Source of the DNA: a virus
Taxonomy: Duplodnaviria > Caudoviricetes
Strand: one strand, 5' to 3'
DNA length: 52,686 bases
IMG/VR virus record: IMGVR_UViG_3300046167_000854
Location: 1-52,686 of that record
Shown here: piece after piece, positions 10,444 through 19,001 of the stretch
Numbering within the stretch: the stretch's first letter is position 1
Layout: the number at the start of each line of letters is the position of its first letter
Notes under the pieces: model-generated
What the model was told of the DNA's origin: nothing
The model's database searches: none
Seen by the model: only the letters and a program-made list of their open reading frames with translations
Translations under genes and position numbers: made by a program

Positions 10444-11355
10444 TTAACGGCGAATCGCTCCCTGTTCCATTGCTGAAAGAATGTCTTTTTGGTGCTTCAC
10501 AAAATCTTTGTTCGGCATCCTCATAATTTCTTCAACAGTCCAAGTACGCTTTCCACCAGTAACGTTTTGGCTTCTGGCTTTCGGCATTTTGGGTTCTGCA
10601 ACCGCTCGTGCCTTTTCCAGAGACCGCTCTTGCGGCGTCGGAGGTCTTAGCCCCATTTCTTCTTTGAATCTACTCAGTACAGCATTCACATCATTTGATG
10701 AGCCTTGTTCCACCCAGTTATGGGTAGATGCATTCTGCGCCTCCAGCCAGTTCATCCAGTCAGAAGTTGCAATAAGCTCGTCCAGATCTGGGTGTGCCGC
10801 ACGGATGCGATTGAAATGCTCTTCAGCCGCAAGGGCTTGCTGCTCTTCAACTCTGCGTTGCTCCTGAGCGCTCAAAGCTTCCTTGGCGCTTTGAACCTCT
10901 GCCTGCGTTCGACTGAGCTCGTCTAGCAAGGGACCAGCGATGTCGGGATATTCCTCCCGGATTTGCGCTAGCTTTGCTGTGTCTTGCTCATTCGCTGCAA
11001 GCTGACCTTTAAGCTCTGCAAGATTCTTAAACATCTCTTCGTTTTGACGACGAAGGTCTGCTGTTTCCTGCGTTGCTTTGGTCATTCGACTCTGTGCGCC
11101 TTTCATTGCCTTCTCAGCTTTTTCCAAAGCTGACCTCAAAGTTTCCACTTCGCCGCTTTCAAGTGGTTCCTCTGGTGCCTCTTCCGCAAAGGGTTGTTCA
11201 GCCGTGTCCTCGGGCTCGGGGGCTGCTTGCAGCGTCTCTACTTCCGCTTCTACTTCCGGTTGTTCCTCTTCAGGAGTCGGGTTCGCCGCGTTCTGATATT
11301 GCTCCATTAACTCTTTTGCTTCGGCTTCTAATCGCGCCGGGTCATTTCTGCTCAT
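10444..11355 (-). CDS. Capsid scaffolding protein
   Basis: Acidic N-terminus and coiled coil; lies between portal and MCP. Confidence 0.8.
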   Translation of the reverse strand: MSRNDPARLEAEAKELMEQYQNAANPTPEEEQPEVEAEVETLQAAPEPEDTAEQPFAEEAPEEPLESGEVETLRSALEKAEKAMKGAQSRMTKATQETADLRRQNEEMFKNLAELKGQLAANEQDTAKLAQIREEYPDIAGPLLDELSRTQAEVQSAKEALSAQEQRRVEEQQALAAEEHFNRIRAAHPDLDELIATSDWMNWLEAQNASTHNWVEQGSSNDVNAVLSRFKEEMGLRPPTPQERSLEKARAVAEPKMPKARSQNVTGGKRTWTVEEIMRMPNKDFVKHQKDILSAMEQGAIRR

Positions 11356-11383
11356 CTTTCGGGTCCTCTAAGGATGTCCGTAG

Positions 11384-11671
11384 CTATGTGAAATCGGATG
11401 TCCGTTTCCGGGTCCGTTCACGTTCTAAAGTGGCTTTCGCCGTTTCTTCCAGCTCAAGCATGAAACGCAACTCAAGGATGCGCCCTTGCTCATACCGAAA
11501 ATCTTTCTCACCTGCCGCTTCTAGTAGCTCTCGGGCGCTATCCAATCGGGACGCCAGGAGCTGCTGGACCTGCTGCCATTCCGGCTTCAGGGTTAGCGCC
11601 AGCACCGCCTTGCTGCATTCCAGCGAGCATTTGATTTTGGAGTGCTTGCTCAGCTTGTAACCTCTCTTCAC
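11384..11671 (-). CDS. Small helical protein downstream of the portal (overlaps the portal 3' end); start uncertain
   Basis: EWQQVQQLL...FRYEQGRILEL motif typical of the small post-portal gene in podoviruses. Confidence 0.6.
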   Translation of the reverse strand: MKRGYKLSKHSKIKCSLECSKAVLALTLKPEWQQVQQLLASRLDSARELLEAAGEKDFRYEQGRILELRFMLELEETAKATLERERTRKRTSDFT

Positions 11672-13502
11672 TTTTGATCACGTCATCGGGATCAATATCT
11701 AACGTCTGCGCGATTTCACGCAGAAGCTTATTGCGATCTACTTGAGGGGCATCCATGGGGTTTGATACCAGCGAGAGGAACTGGAGCAGTCGCTGGCTTT
11801 GCACTTCTTTCTGCACGAGTGCGGTGCTTCCGCGGGCTACGATACGCAAGTCGCCTTTTATATCTTCGCGGGGGTTGTACTCCATGTTCCAGTGGAACAG
11901 TGCCTCGATCATTGGCTCGAGGAGGAAGTCATCGATGTTCTTGATCGTAGACTTCAGCGCGACGTTAGCCGCACCCATCAACATAGAGATACCGGTAGCC
12001 GTCTTGTTCAGTGACTTGCCTGACTCGCCGTGCGTGTAGCTCGGTAGTGATGTTGTTTCATCGGCAAAACGCCGGAACAGCTCAACGATCTGGTTGAGTC
12101 CGTTCGCATTCGCCACGGGCTGATACCAGCGTACCGCCGGCATGGAGCCGTCCCCACCTTCGCGCAGAAATACGCGCCACGGATGGATGTCTGTAGGATC
12201 TTCCCCAGCAGCCAAGAGGTCGGTGTTTACTTCCAGCATCGGACCCGAGGACAGGGCGAGGTTGTCGAGCCAAATACGCACGGCGGCGTTCATAGTGCTC
12301 TGAGAATCGCGCATCATGCGGGGGACGCCGATGCCCCAGAACTGATGAGGACTGCGTTCGTAGGGAAAGATATGGTACGGAATCTTGTAACCAGCTATTG
12401 GATTCAAGATGATCTTCAAGATTTTCGAGTCGCACATCCACACGCAAGCAGAGAAGTCCGCTGAGAGGTCGGCGCCTTCCGGCACTTCAATGCCGTGGTC
12501 TTTTAGCTCATAACCATCGATAGTGCCCCAGTACTCAAAAACCTCGAATCTATTGGGCTCAGAATGATCATGAATACCAGCAAGCCGACGGCGGTCTCGC
12601 TCGTGATCAGCTTCGACATAGTTGCCTTTCCTGTTGTTTTTAAGCAGATAGCGGACCATATCCCCGTCAAATCCGGGCAGGTCAACAAGGGCCCTAAACT
12701 GGGTGCGCGTCAAAACATGGCGGCGGAATAACCCATCGCAATCGTCTAGCGTCGTGCAGTATGGGTCGGGGTATAGATCAAAGACCGATACCGACTCTAG
12801 CTCAGGCACTGCCTCTTCGACCATTGCCATGACGTAGGTTTGATTACCCATTTCATCCATGGCTTTCTGGTAGCTCTGCTTGCGATCGATGCGGACCGTG
12901 CCAGCTTTCACCGCGCCAGAACCAAAGATGCAAGCCTCAAGCATGGACTGCTTCAGCTTTTGGTCTGAGTCGCTTTCGATTAGCTGGTCAGAAATGACAA
13001 CCGTCATAGCCTCAGCTGCATCGTCTGCAATGCTTTGCTCAGCTTTGAGAAACTCGGGCTCGAGTTCCTTGATCCGCGCCATGATCAGATCCTGATTCAT
13101 GTTGGGATCCATGCCGGACGCAGCGACAATCTCTTGTGTCGCCTGAGCACGAAGCTCCATTGCCTTCATCGGATCCAGCTGCGCGATCGGCGTGGGGCTC
13201 ACAGAGAAAAATAGGTCGCCCTGCTGGAACAGCAGATCCACGATACGACTGTAGGCAGCCATAACCTTTGTTCGAGTAAGACCCACAAAAACTTTTGATC
13301 GGGCGCCCGCATCGCTTAATGCCGCAAGTACGCTGGGCTCGTATACACCGTTGTACTGGCGCAGATCTTTCAGCCACTCATTCTCTGTTTCTTTACGAGC
13401 GTCTTTGTATTCCTGAAAAGTTTTAGATAAGCGACCACCCAGCGAATTGAGCTCTTGCTCTTGCTGTCCGTCTAGATTGTCGTCGTCGTATTCTTCTAGC
13501 AT
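11538..13502 (-). CDS. Portal protein
   Basis: 654 aa between TerL and scaffold; ACIFGSGAVK, FDLYPDPY, FWGIGVP, KTATGISML motifs; Q/M/G-rich tail. Confidence 0.9.
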   Translation of the reverse strand: MLEEYDDDNLDGQQEQELNSLGGRLSKTFQEYKDARKETENEWLKDLRQYNGVYEPSVLAALSDAGARSKVFVGLTRTKVMAAYSRIVDLLFQQGDLFFSVSPTPIAQLDPMKAMELRAQATQEIVAASGMDPNMNQDLIMARIKELEPEFLKAEQSIADDAAEAMTVVISDQLIESDSDQKLKQSMLEACIFGSGAVKAGTVRIDRKQSYQKAMDEMGNQTYVMAMVEEAVPELESVSVFDLYPDPYCTTLDDCDGLFRRHVLTRTQFRALVDLPGFDGDMVRYLLKNNRKGNYVEADHERDRRRLAGIHDHSEPNRFEVFEYWGTIDGYELKDHGIEVPEGADLSADFSACVWMCDSKILKIILNPIAGYKIPYHIFPYERSPHQFWGIGVPRMMRDSQSTMNAAVRIWLDNLALSSGPMLEVNTDLLAAGEDPTDIHPWRVFLREGGDGSMPAVRWYQPVANANGLNQIVELFRRFADETTSLPSYTHGESGKSLNKTATGISMLMGAANVALKSTIKNIDDFLLEPMIEALFHWNMEYNPREDIKGDLRIVARGSTALVQKEVQSQRLLQFLSLVSNPMDAPQVDRNKLLREIAQTLDIDPDDVIKSEERLQAEQALQNQMLAGMQQGGAGANPEAGMAAGPAAPGVPIG

Positions 13503-13504
13503 GT

Positions 13505-15091
13505 TTAGTAACCCGTCGTTGAGTCAACCGTTCGGAAACGGCGTTTGACTTCATGCCTCCGAGGTCGGGGCATCGATGCGAGTCCATGCAGAGCTATGGC
13601 GTATGCCATAACGCGGTCGTCGTGACAACCGCTTTGAGCATTATACGCGCCTTTTTCATCAATTACATAGGTTCGTAGCTCGTTTACCAGCTCTTTGTCA
13701 GCAATTCCCGATTCTCGTTGGCGAAGTAGCGCCGCAAGGTTGTCGATGATTAGAGGTTTTGTTTTGGATGTGGTTAAAAAACCACCGCGTTTTGTGAGCT
13801 TGTCGCCGTATGCACCGTCCACAGAGCTCTCGATAAACATGTTCGGGTACTGCAATTCCTGCATGCGGCGCAGCGTAGTCAGACCGTGGTTGTTTCTTTC
13901 CACAATCATGTAGGCATTCCGATAGCGCTTCCCCAGGTTGCAGAGCAGGTCCGCATAGGCATAAGGATCTATGTGCCCGTGCCAGCACGCGACCTGACGA
14001 CCACGCCCGTCCAGCACTTGAGCAACGCTGTAGTCGCCATAGGCAAGTCCCTCAGCAACGTCCACACCGATGACGTAGTTATCTTCTTCGGGCGGGTGCC
14101 ACTCTCTATATGGACCATATGACCCCTCGTGCAGCTCTCCACTCTGCAGCTCTCCACGAAAGTCCGGGGTGTATATCTCAGTCTCTGCATCACGCAGACA
14201 AGCGTCCTCCACGAAGCACCGTCCTGAGGTCAAGAATGCTTCTAGAGGTGTTGATGGATACTCCTGCCGGAATAGATCGGTAGAACCAAGCTCGTCTAAT
14301 TTTGAGCGGCGGAACATCATCTGCTGATCATCTAGCCCGAACTGCCGCGCTAATTTTTCTTCTTCGGGAGTTTTTTCAAAATAAGCGTTTGGCTTGCGGC
14401 GGTACTCCGGCATCCAGAACCACGGGATAAAGCACACCTGCCATTCGGTCTCGCCACGCAGGGACTTCATAACCTGATCATAGAACCACCCGCCAGCACC
14501 ATTCGCCGTGGATTCTAGGATTACTTCAGAGCCTGTTCCTCCAACCGTCTGCAAGAGACCTGCAACGATGTCTGAGCCCTGTGGGTAGAAGGCTACCTCA
14601 GACCCATGGACAAATCGGTTTGTTTGACCACGACCCGTCTGCGTGCTCCTAGCAGTACCTACCCGGAACCTTGAGTTGATGCCGTCGAAAACTAAAGTCG
14701 AACTAGATTGGGAAGCAAGAGGAGGAGCAAAAGCAGGGTGAGGGACATTATCGTAGAAATATCTGACCATGTTAAATATTGAGTTCGTACTTTCCGCCAG
14801 ATGCGAGAGTACAAACGCATTCGCGTTTTTATTCTGAGTGACCTTCCAAAACATCCTGCCTTCAACATACGTCGATATCCCCGTCTGCCGCGCCTTCAAA
14901 ACGAGAGCGCGTACGTTTCCTTGTTCTTCCAATTGCTTTTCAAATTGAGAGTGGACCCATTTCTGACCGGTGTTGAGACGGAACGGAATGGATGCCCCCT
15001 CCTTGTTTACAATCCGAAGGACGTTCTTTGAGTACAGCGGGAAGTTGTATTTAAGTTTCCGCGCGACTTCTTCTATACTTTTTTGCGTCAT
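13505..15091 (-). CDS. terL: Terminase large subunit
   Basis: Walker A LKARQTGIST, HGSEVAF, ILESTANG coupling motif, nuclease motifs IGVDVAEG and HDDRVMA. Confidence 0.95.
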   Translation of the reverse strand: MTQKSIEEVARKLKYNFPLYSKNVLRIVNKEGASIPFRLNTGQKWVHSQFEKQLEEQGNVRALVLKARQTGISTYVEGRMFWKVTQNKNANAFVLSHLAESTNSIFNMVRYFYDNVPHPAFAPPLASQSSSTLVFDGINSRFRVGTARSTQTGRGQTNRFVHGSEVAFYPQGSDIVAGLLQTVGGTGSEVILESTANGAGGWFYDQVMKSLRGETEWQVCFIPWFWMPEYRRKPNAYFEKTPEEEKLARQFGLDDQQMMFRRSKLDELGSTDLFRQEYPSTPLEAFLTSGRCFVEDACLRDAETEIYTPDFRGELQSGELHEGSYGPYREWHPPEEDNYVIGVDVAEGLAYGDYSVAQVLDGRGRQVACWHGHIDPYAYADLLCNLGKRYRNAYMIVERNNHGLTTLRRMQELQYPNMFIESSVDGAYGDKLTKRGGFLTTSKTKPLIIDNLAALLRQRESGIADKELVNELRTYVIDEKGAYNAQSGCHDDRVMAYAIALHGLASMPRPRRHEVKRRFRTVDSTTGY

Positions 15092-15530
15092 TCGCCACCA
15101 ATGCCCGTACCCACCACAGAAGCTGCAGGTAGCTCAGGTCATTTTTCAATAGATTGATTCGCCAACACACCAGCTGAATATTTTCGATCACGTACCCCAA
15201 CTCACTATCAATTCTGTCGATCGATACGTTCATATCGCCGAATGCAGGGTGATGTTGCATTGGCAGTCCTGACAGAGCACACGCGCCTTGCTGTTCCCAG
15301 TAAAGCCCCTCTATCTGCTCGCCAGTGATATTGAACTCGCGGTCAGTCCTCTTTGCGTTCGCCCTTGCCTGATTGACAATGTAGCTGGACCACGAAGCCG
15401 GAGAACGCCCCTGACGCTCTCTCTGAAGGTCTCTACAGCAAGAGCCACACTGAGTGCCCCTCTTGCCAATAAAGTCCTCTATTGGCTTTTCAGTGCAGCA
15501 GATGCTGCAAAGTCTATGACCAAGCTGCAT
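15051..15530 (-). CDS. HNH-like endonuclease with N-terminal CxxC pairs
   Basis: CALSG...SIDRIDSELGY..ENIQLVCWRINLLK is a DRID variant of the beta-beta-alpha-Me motif. Confidence 0.7.
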   Translation of the reverse strand: MQLGHRLCSICCTEKPIEDFIGKRGTQCGSCCRDLQRERQGRSPASWSSYIVNQARANAKRTDREFNITGEQIEGLYWEQQGACALSGLPMQHHPAFGDMNVSIDRIDSELGYVIENIQLVCWRINLLKNDLSYLQLLWWVRALVANDAKKYRRSRAET

Positions 15531-15886
15531 TCTTTCTCGTGTGTGAGTTCTTCCAGCTCTTTCATTGCGTCCCGGCTACGGGATACGGCAATCCGATCAC
15601 TCATGAGCGCCATGCCCGGAGCGATACATCCCTGAAGCTCATCAGGGAAATTTGCTGAATGGAAAAGTATGTATGTGCGGTTAGGTACGTTTTTAACTTC
15701 CCAGCACCAACCGAACTTCGGTGACTTTCTGCGCTTCATTTCATACTCCCCCTCCGGGATGCACGATATCCGCGGGAGGTTTTCCTCCCACGGGCGCTCC
15801 ACTGTGTAGAACTCAACGCCACCAACAGTCAGTAAGCCCAGAGTTCCTTCAGGGTGATAGCAGAATCGCTCCAGTAATAACTCCAT
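15479..15886 (-). CDS. DUF5675-like protein, candidate lysin
   Basis: Real start MELLLER at 15886; TLG.L...TVERPW...SCIPEGEY...VPNRTYILFHSAN...GCI; adjacent to a holin-like gene. Confidence 0.75.
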   Translation of the reverse strand: MELLLERFCYHPEGTLGLLTVGGVEFYTVERPWEENLPRISCIPEGEYEMKRRKSPKFGWCWEVKNVPNRTYILFHSANFPDELQGCIAPGMALMSDRIAVSRSRDAMKELEELTHEKECSLVIDFAASAALKSQ

Positions 15887-15888
15887 TT

Positions 15889-16083
15889 TTACTTCTCGCT
15901 TACCGGCTGAACCGTCATGAAGCGCAGGACCACGATTCCGCTCGCAATCACGCACCCGAGCATGGCTTGTACTGCCGGATTGGTGGGTAAAAATCCTATG
16001 AATCCCTGCAACACGGACAAGACAGCGATAGAGACGCCGTATTGGACTGTGCGGGACTTTAGGGCTTGTCTTAGTCTCTGCAT
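15889..16083 (-). CDS. Putative holin (two TM helices)
   Basis: 64 aa; two hydrophobic segments; C-terminal LRFMTVQPV. Confidence 0.6.
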   Translation of the reverse strand: MQRLRQALKSRTVQYGVSIAVLSVLQGFIGFLPTNPAVQAMLGCVIASGIVVLRFMTVQPVSEK

Positions 16084-16199
16084 TACTTCTTCCCCTTATT
16101 GGTCTTAGCGCGCATTCCACGCTTCGGTAGCGACTTCTTCTTGCACTTACCGGCTTTCTTACAGGCGGCTTTGGTTTTGCATGCACTGCACGGGGTCAT
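16083..16199 (-). CDS. Tiny Lys/Cys-rich protein (38 aa)
   Basis: Read manually: MTPCSACKTKAACKKAGKCKKKSLPKRGMRAKTNKGKK; TAATG junction with the next gene. Confidence 0.65.
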   Translation of the reverse strand: MTPCSACKTKAACKKAGKCKKKSLPKRGMRAKTNKGKK

Positions 16200-16201
16200 A
16201 T

Positions 16202-16456
16202 CTACTTCCTCGACTTGGCACCGGAACATTTCCAGCGCTTTCTAGATAAATTGTTGGGGGTATTCGGGTCGTTTTGCTTTTCTTTGGACAAACCCTTCTT
16301 GATTCCTAGAGATCTAGCGCAATAGCTATCACCTTTTTTGGTTCCCGCCTTAACGCGAGACCCACCGTCCTTGGCTTTGCCTGCCTGCCCATAGGAAATC
16401 TTCCTACCAGAGGCGGTAACCTTCACTTTTGCTTTGCCTTTTCTAGGTGTTGCCAT
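16202..16456 (-). CDS. Small basic protein (DUF6321-like)
   Basis: SYGQ...SYCARS...DPNTPNNLSRKRWKC; GAGGTA-like RBS (GAGTAGGT). Confidence 0.75.
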   Translation of the reverse strand: MATPRKGKAKVKVTASGRKISYGQAGKAKDGGSRVKAGTKKGDSYCARSLGIKKGLSKEKQNDPNTPNNLSRKRWKCSGAKSRK

Positions 16457-16696
16457 AATTACCTACTCTCATTTTTACCGTGGGTACTCTCATAAGCACC
16501 GCCCCCCCTATATTTTTGCTACCCCCCCCCAAAACGTGAAACAGGGTTTTAGATCTCTGCATACCCTCCATGGAACCAGATGGTCATCGTCGGCATTCGT
16601 GGTCCTCTTACCCCCGGGGGGGGTGGTGCTGCAGGGGGGGGGTGGTACCTATGCCACGTTATGCCCGGGATCCCACCTTTGACAGGTTGGAGTCCG

Positions 16697-17119
16697 TTAG
16701 TGTAAGTCGTTGATATCTGGAGGATTTTCCTCGTCTTCCAAGTCAATCTCTGCCAAAAATGCCCCGTTTAAAGCCACAACCTCCGATTTCTCCGGAGCAA
16801 GCCAGCCTTCAGCCTTGAATAGACCCTCGATTGCGCGCAGCTTGTCAGCATCCTTGTCAGCGCCACTCGCCAGACCCTCGAGAGCGACTATCCATTTCGC
16901 CCGTCTGTCCTCGCTGTCCTCGCTCAATTCACGCCTCCTGCGGTCAATTTCCGCTTTGATGTTAGGTTTAGCTAAGTTCTCGTGTGCCTGAACCCTGAGC
17001 ACTGTTTCGCTGCTCTGACTGTAGCCAGCGCGTCTGCATGCCTCGGTCCCGTTACCACACGCCATGTACTCGTTGATGAACCGGGTCTGACGCTCTGTTA
17101 GTTTCCTCTGGGCACTCAC
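16697..17119 (-). CDS. terS: Terminase small subunit
   Basis: LTERQTRFINEY...NGTEACRRAGYS...AHENLAKPNIKAEI (Terminase_2 pattern); GGAGG RBS. Confidence 0.9.
   Translation of the reverse strand: MSAQRKLTERQTRFINEYMACGNGTEACRRAGYSQSSETVLRVQAHENLAKPNIKAEIDRRRRELSEDSEDRRAKWIVALEGLASGADKDADKLRAIEGLFKAEGWLAPEKSEVVALNGAFLAEIDLEDEENPPDINDLH
16703..16715 (-). promoter_or_regulatory. IHF consensus site
   Basis: Minus strand TATCAACGACTTA matches WATCAANNNNTTR. Confidence 0.45.
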
Positions 17120-17186
17120 TGCACAACCTCCGTTACTCCCCTATATACAAAACGGGACTGGGGTGCGGGTTTTCTTTTTTCCCGCC

Positions 17187-17453
17187 TCAAAAAAATCTGC
17201 CCATCGCACTGAGTACAGCTGCCAATACGATCCATGCAGCGCGCTCCCAGACGTGCCCTTTTCCGATGTGACCGCTCAGCTTCTCAGCCTGATCTCGCTG
17301 GATGCCTTCGATGACGTCCAGCCGGTACTCGTGACGCTGAACCCGTGTATCGATTCCGCTTGCTCGCTCTTCAATTCGACCCAGCTGCCCAAGCATTTCG
17401 GACACTGAGTCGAGCTTTTCTTCGATGCGGTTAAGTCTCTGATCAATATCCAA
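17187..17453 (-). CDS. Coiled-coil protein with C-terminal TM helix (XhlA/holin-like)
   Basis: RLNRIEEKLD...WIVLAAVLSAMGRFF. Confidence 0.7.
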   Translation of the reverse strand: MDIDQRLNRIEEKLDSVSEMLGQLGRIEERASGIDTRVQRHEYRLDVIEGIQRDQAEKLSGHIGKGHVWERAAWIVLAAVLSAMGRFF

Positions 17454-17512
17454 TTTTCACCCCGAAATCACTGGCTAATCACATAAATCCGTATTGTATA
17501 TGAAATTATAGC

Positions 17513-17561
17513 TTGACTCCCGGTAATTCAGCACTCAATCTAGATTGTGTTCATTGAACAC
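17513..17561 (+). promoter_or_regulatory. Probable early promoter with two adjacent palindromes
   Basis: TTGACT -35 at 17513 after an AT-rich tract; CAATCTAGATTG (17536-17547) and GTGTTCATTGAACAC (17547-17561) cover the -10/+1 region. Confidence 0.55.
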
Positions 17562-17589
17562 TTAATTAGTCACTACATGGAGAGTCAAC

Positions 17590-17757
17590 ATGACAAATCA
17601 AACAACCATCAGCCGTTACGACACAGCGCTTTGGGCTGAGCTGGTGCGAATCCAAAACACGATGACCCACATCGACATCCTGACCATCACAGGATTCATG
17701 AACGACGAGCAGCTCGAGCAGCATGTCGCCGGGTATCGAGTGGAGGAGTCAGCATGA
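17590..17757 (+). CDS. First early gene, hypothetical (55 aa)
   Basis: Read manually: MTNQTTISRYDTALWAELVRIQ...EESA; RBS ACATGGAGAG; ATGA junction with the next gene. Confidence 0.75.
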   Translation: MTNQTTISRYDTALWAELVRIQNTMTHIDILTITGFMNDEQLEQHVAGYRVEESA

Positions 17758-18470
17758 AACTCAATCCCGTCAACCGAACCACGAGTGGCAACCGCTACTG
17801 TGGGCCCGCGGTGATCTCATCGGTCACCGGCTGCACTACAAACGAGGCTGCTAAGTTCATTCGCACCCTGTCCGGTCAGAGAGCGGTACGCGGCGCGTTC
17901 ACCTGCCACATCATCGAATCACTCCGCGAGCATTGGGGTGTGCGATCGCACGAGCACTTCCACGTTCGCGGAGGTAAGACCAAGCCGACACTGGCGACGT
18001 GGCTGCGCGAGAACCGGGAGCTGCTCAAGCCCGGTCGGGTTTACCTCATCGTTGCCGGGAATCACTTTCAGCTGGTCTCTGGTCGTCGCTACGTGTGCGG
18101 GCTTACCCGGAAAGTGGTCTCGATCACGCACGACAAGGTAAAGCGCCGGGCTCGTGTCGAGTCGGTGCATGAGCTCATCGGCACACCCAAGATTACGGGT
18201 GCCGGGCTCGCTGCACTCGCATCCAAGCCGGTCCAGTCCGACAAGGTCGTGGCTCTCAAGCTGGCTCGTGAGTACGGCATCAACGTTGAGCTTGACAGCT
18301 ACTACAGCGACAACGACGACCTTTTCGGATATGTCGATGCGCCATTCCTTAGCGACGATGAAGACCCCCTGTACGACGAGGGGCATGGCGGATTCAGCTG
18401 GTGGGAAATCCGGTGCAAGGTCGAGACCCTTGTCGATTACCTGAAGCAGCGAGCGGAGGTGGCGGCATGA
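17754..18470 (+). CDS. Early protein with a papain/C39-like Cys-His domain
   Basis: YCGPAVISSV...YLIVAGNHFQLV; GGAGG RBS. Confidence 0.6.
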   Translation: MKLNPVNRTTSGNRYCGPAVISSVTGCTTNEAAKFIRTLSGQRAVRGAFTCHIIESLREHWGVRSHEHFHVRGGKTKPTLATWLRENRELLKPGRVYLIVAGNHFQLVSGRRYVCGLTRKVVSITHDKVKRRARVESVHELIGTPKITGAGLAALASKPVQSDKVVALKLAREYGINVELDSYYSDNDDLFGYVDAPFLSDDEDPLYDEGHGGFSWWEIRCKVETLVDYLKQRAEVAA

Positions 18471-18655
18471 GCGAGCTAGAGAGACTGATCATCCGCTGGT
18501 CAGCTATGACCGCTGAATTCAAGGAGCCCTGTCGCAGAGCGTGGCAGGTCGCTTCACCGGTAAAAGCGCCATACGACGAGCAGAGCGAGATCGCCTTCCT
18601 GAAGGAGCTGATCAGTATCGCTATGTCTTACGTCAACGAGGACACGCTGGACTGA
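18467..18655 (+). CDS. Hypothetical early protein
   Basis: MSELERLIIRW...; GGAGGT RBS; ATGA overlap. Confidence 0.7.
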   Translation: MSELERLIIRWSAMTAEFKEPCRRAWQVASPVKAPYDEQSEIAFLKELISIAMSYVNEDTLD

Positions 18656-18661
18656 GGAATC

Positions 18662-18708
18662 AGCCGGTCGGGCTCTTTCAAGAGCTCTTCCGGGTGGGGC
18701 TTCCACCG
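18662..18708 (+). repeat. Structured intergenic RNA motif, copy 1
   Basis: AGCCG-GTC-[GGGCTCT TTCA AGAGCTC]-TTC-CG-[GGTGG GGCTT CCACC]; same layout as 19831-19877. Confidence 0.6.
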
Positions 18709-18724
18709 ACACTTGGAGAAAAAC

Positions 18725-19001
18725 ATGTCTTTCATCAATCGCACATTAGCGCCATCAGGTGAGCCGCTGACTCAGGTCTACAGCGCCACTGACTGCGTGT
18801 TCAACGACGTTCGCACTGCAGCGGTATATCGCCGACACCCACTGACTCAGATGGCCTGAGGGCGACGTGTGGGCTGCTGGATGGCGCGTGGTCACCAGCT
18901 ACGACAACGACCCTCGCATTGTGAGCAACAAATGCTTTTTGTTTTACGACGACGCCGAGGCTGCTGCCGACACTTGGGTCTATCACGGAGACATCTCATG
19001 A
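18725..19001 (+). CDS. Hypothetical early protein (~91 aa; one apparent +1 error at ~18853)
   Basis: MSFINRTLAP...PLTQM then PEGDVWAAGWRVV...VYHGDIS* after removing one G; GGAGA RBS; ends in an ATGA junction. Confidence 0.6.

Noticed and set aside
15887-16186. N-terminal 100 aa of the 235-aa ORF 15479-16186
   Set aside because: It overlaps two better-supported small genes; the real start is ATG 15886.
18857-18859. TGA readthrough or stop-codon recoding joining 18725 to ORF 18869-19825
   Set aside because: A one-base deletion gives a better protein ending in an ATGA junction, and TGA, TAG and TAA all act as normal stops elsewhere.
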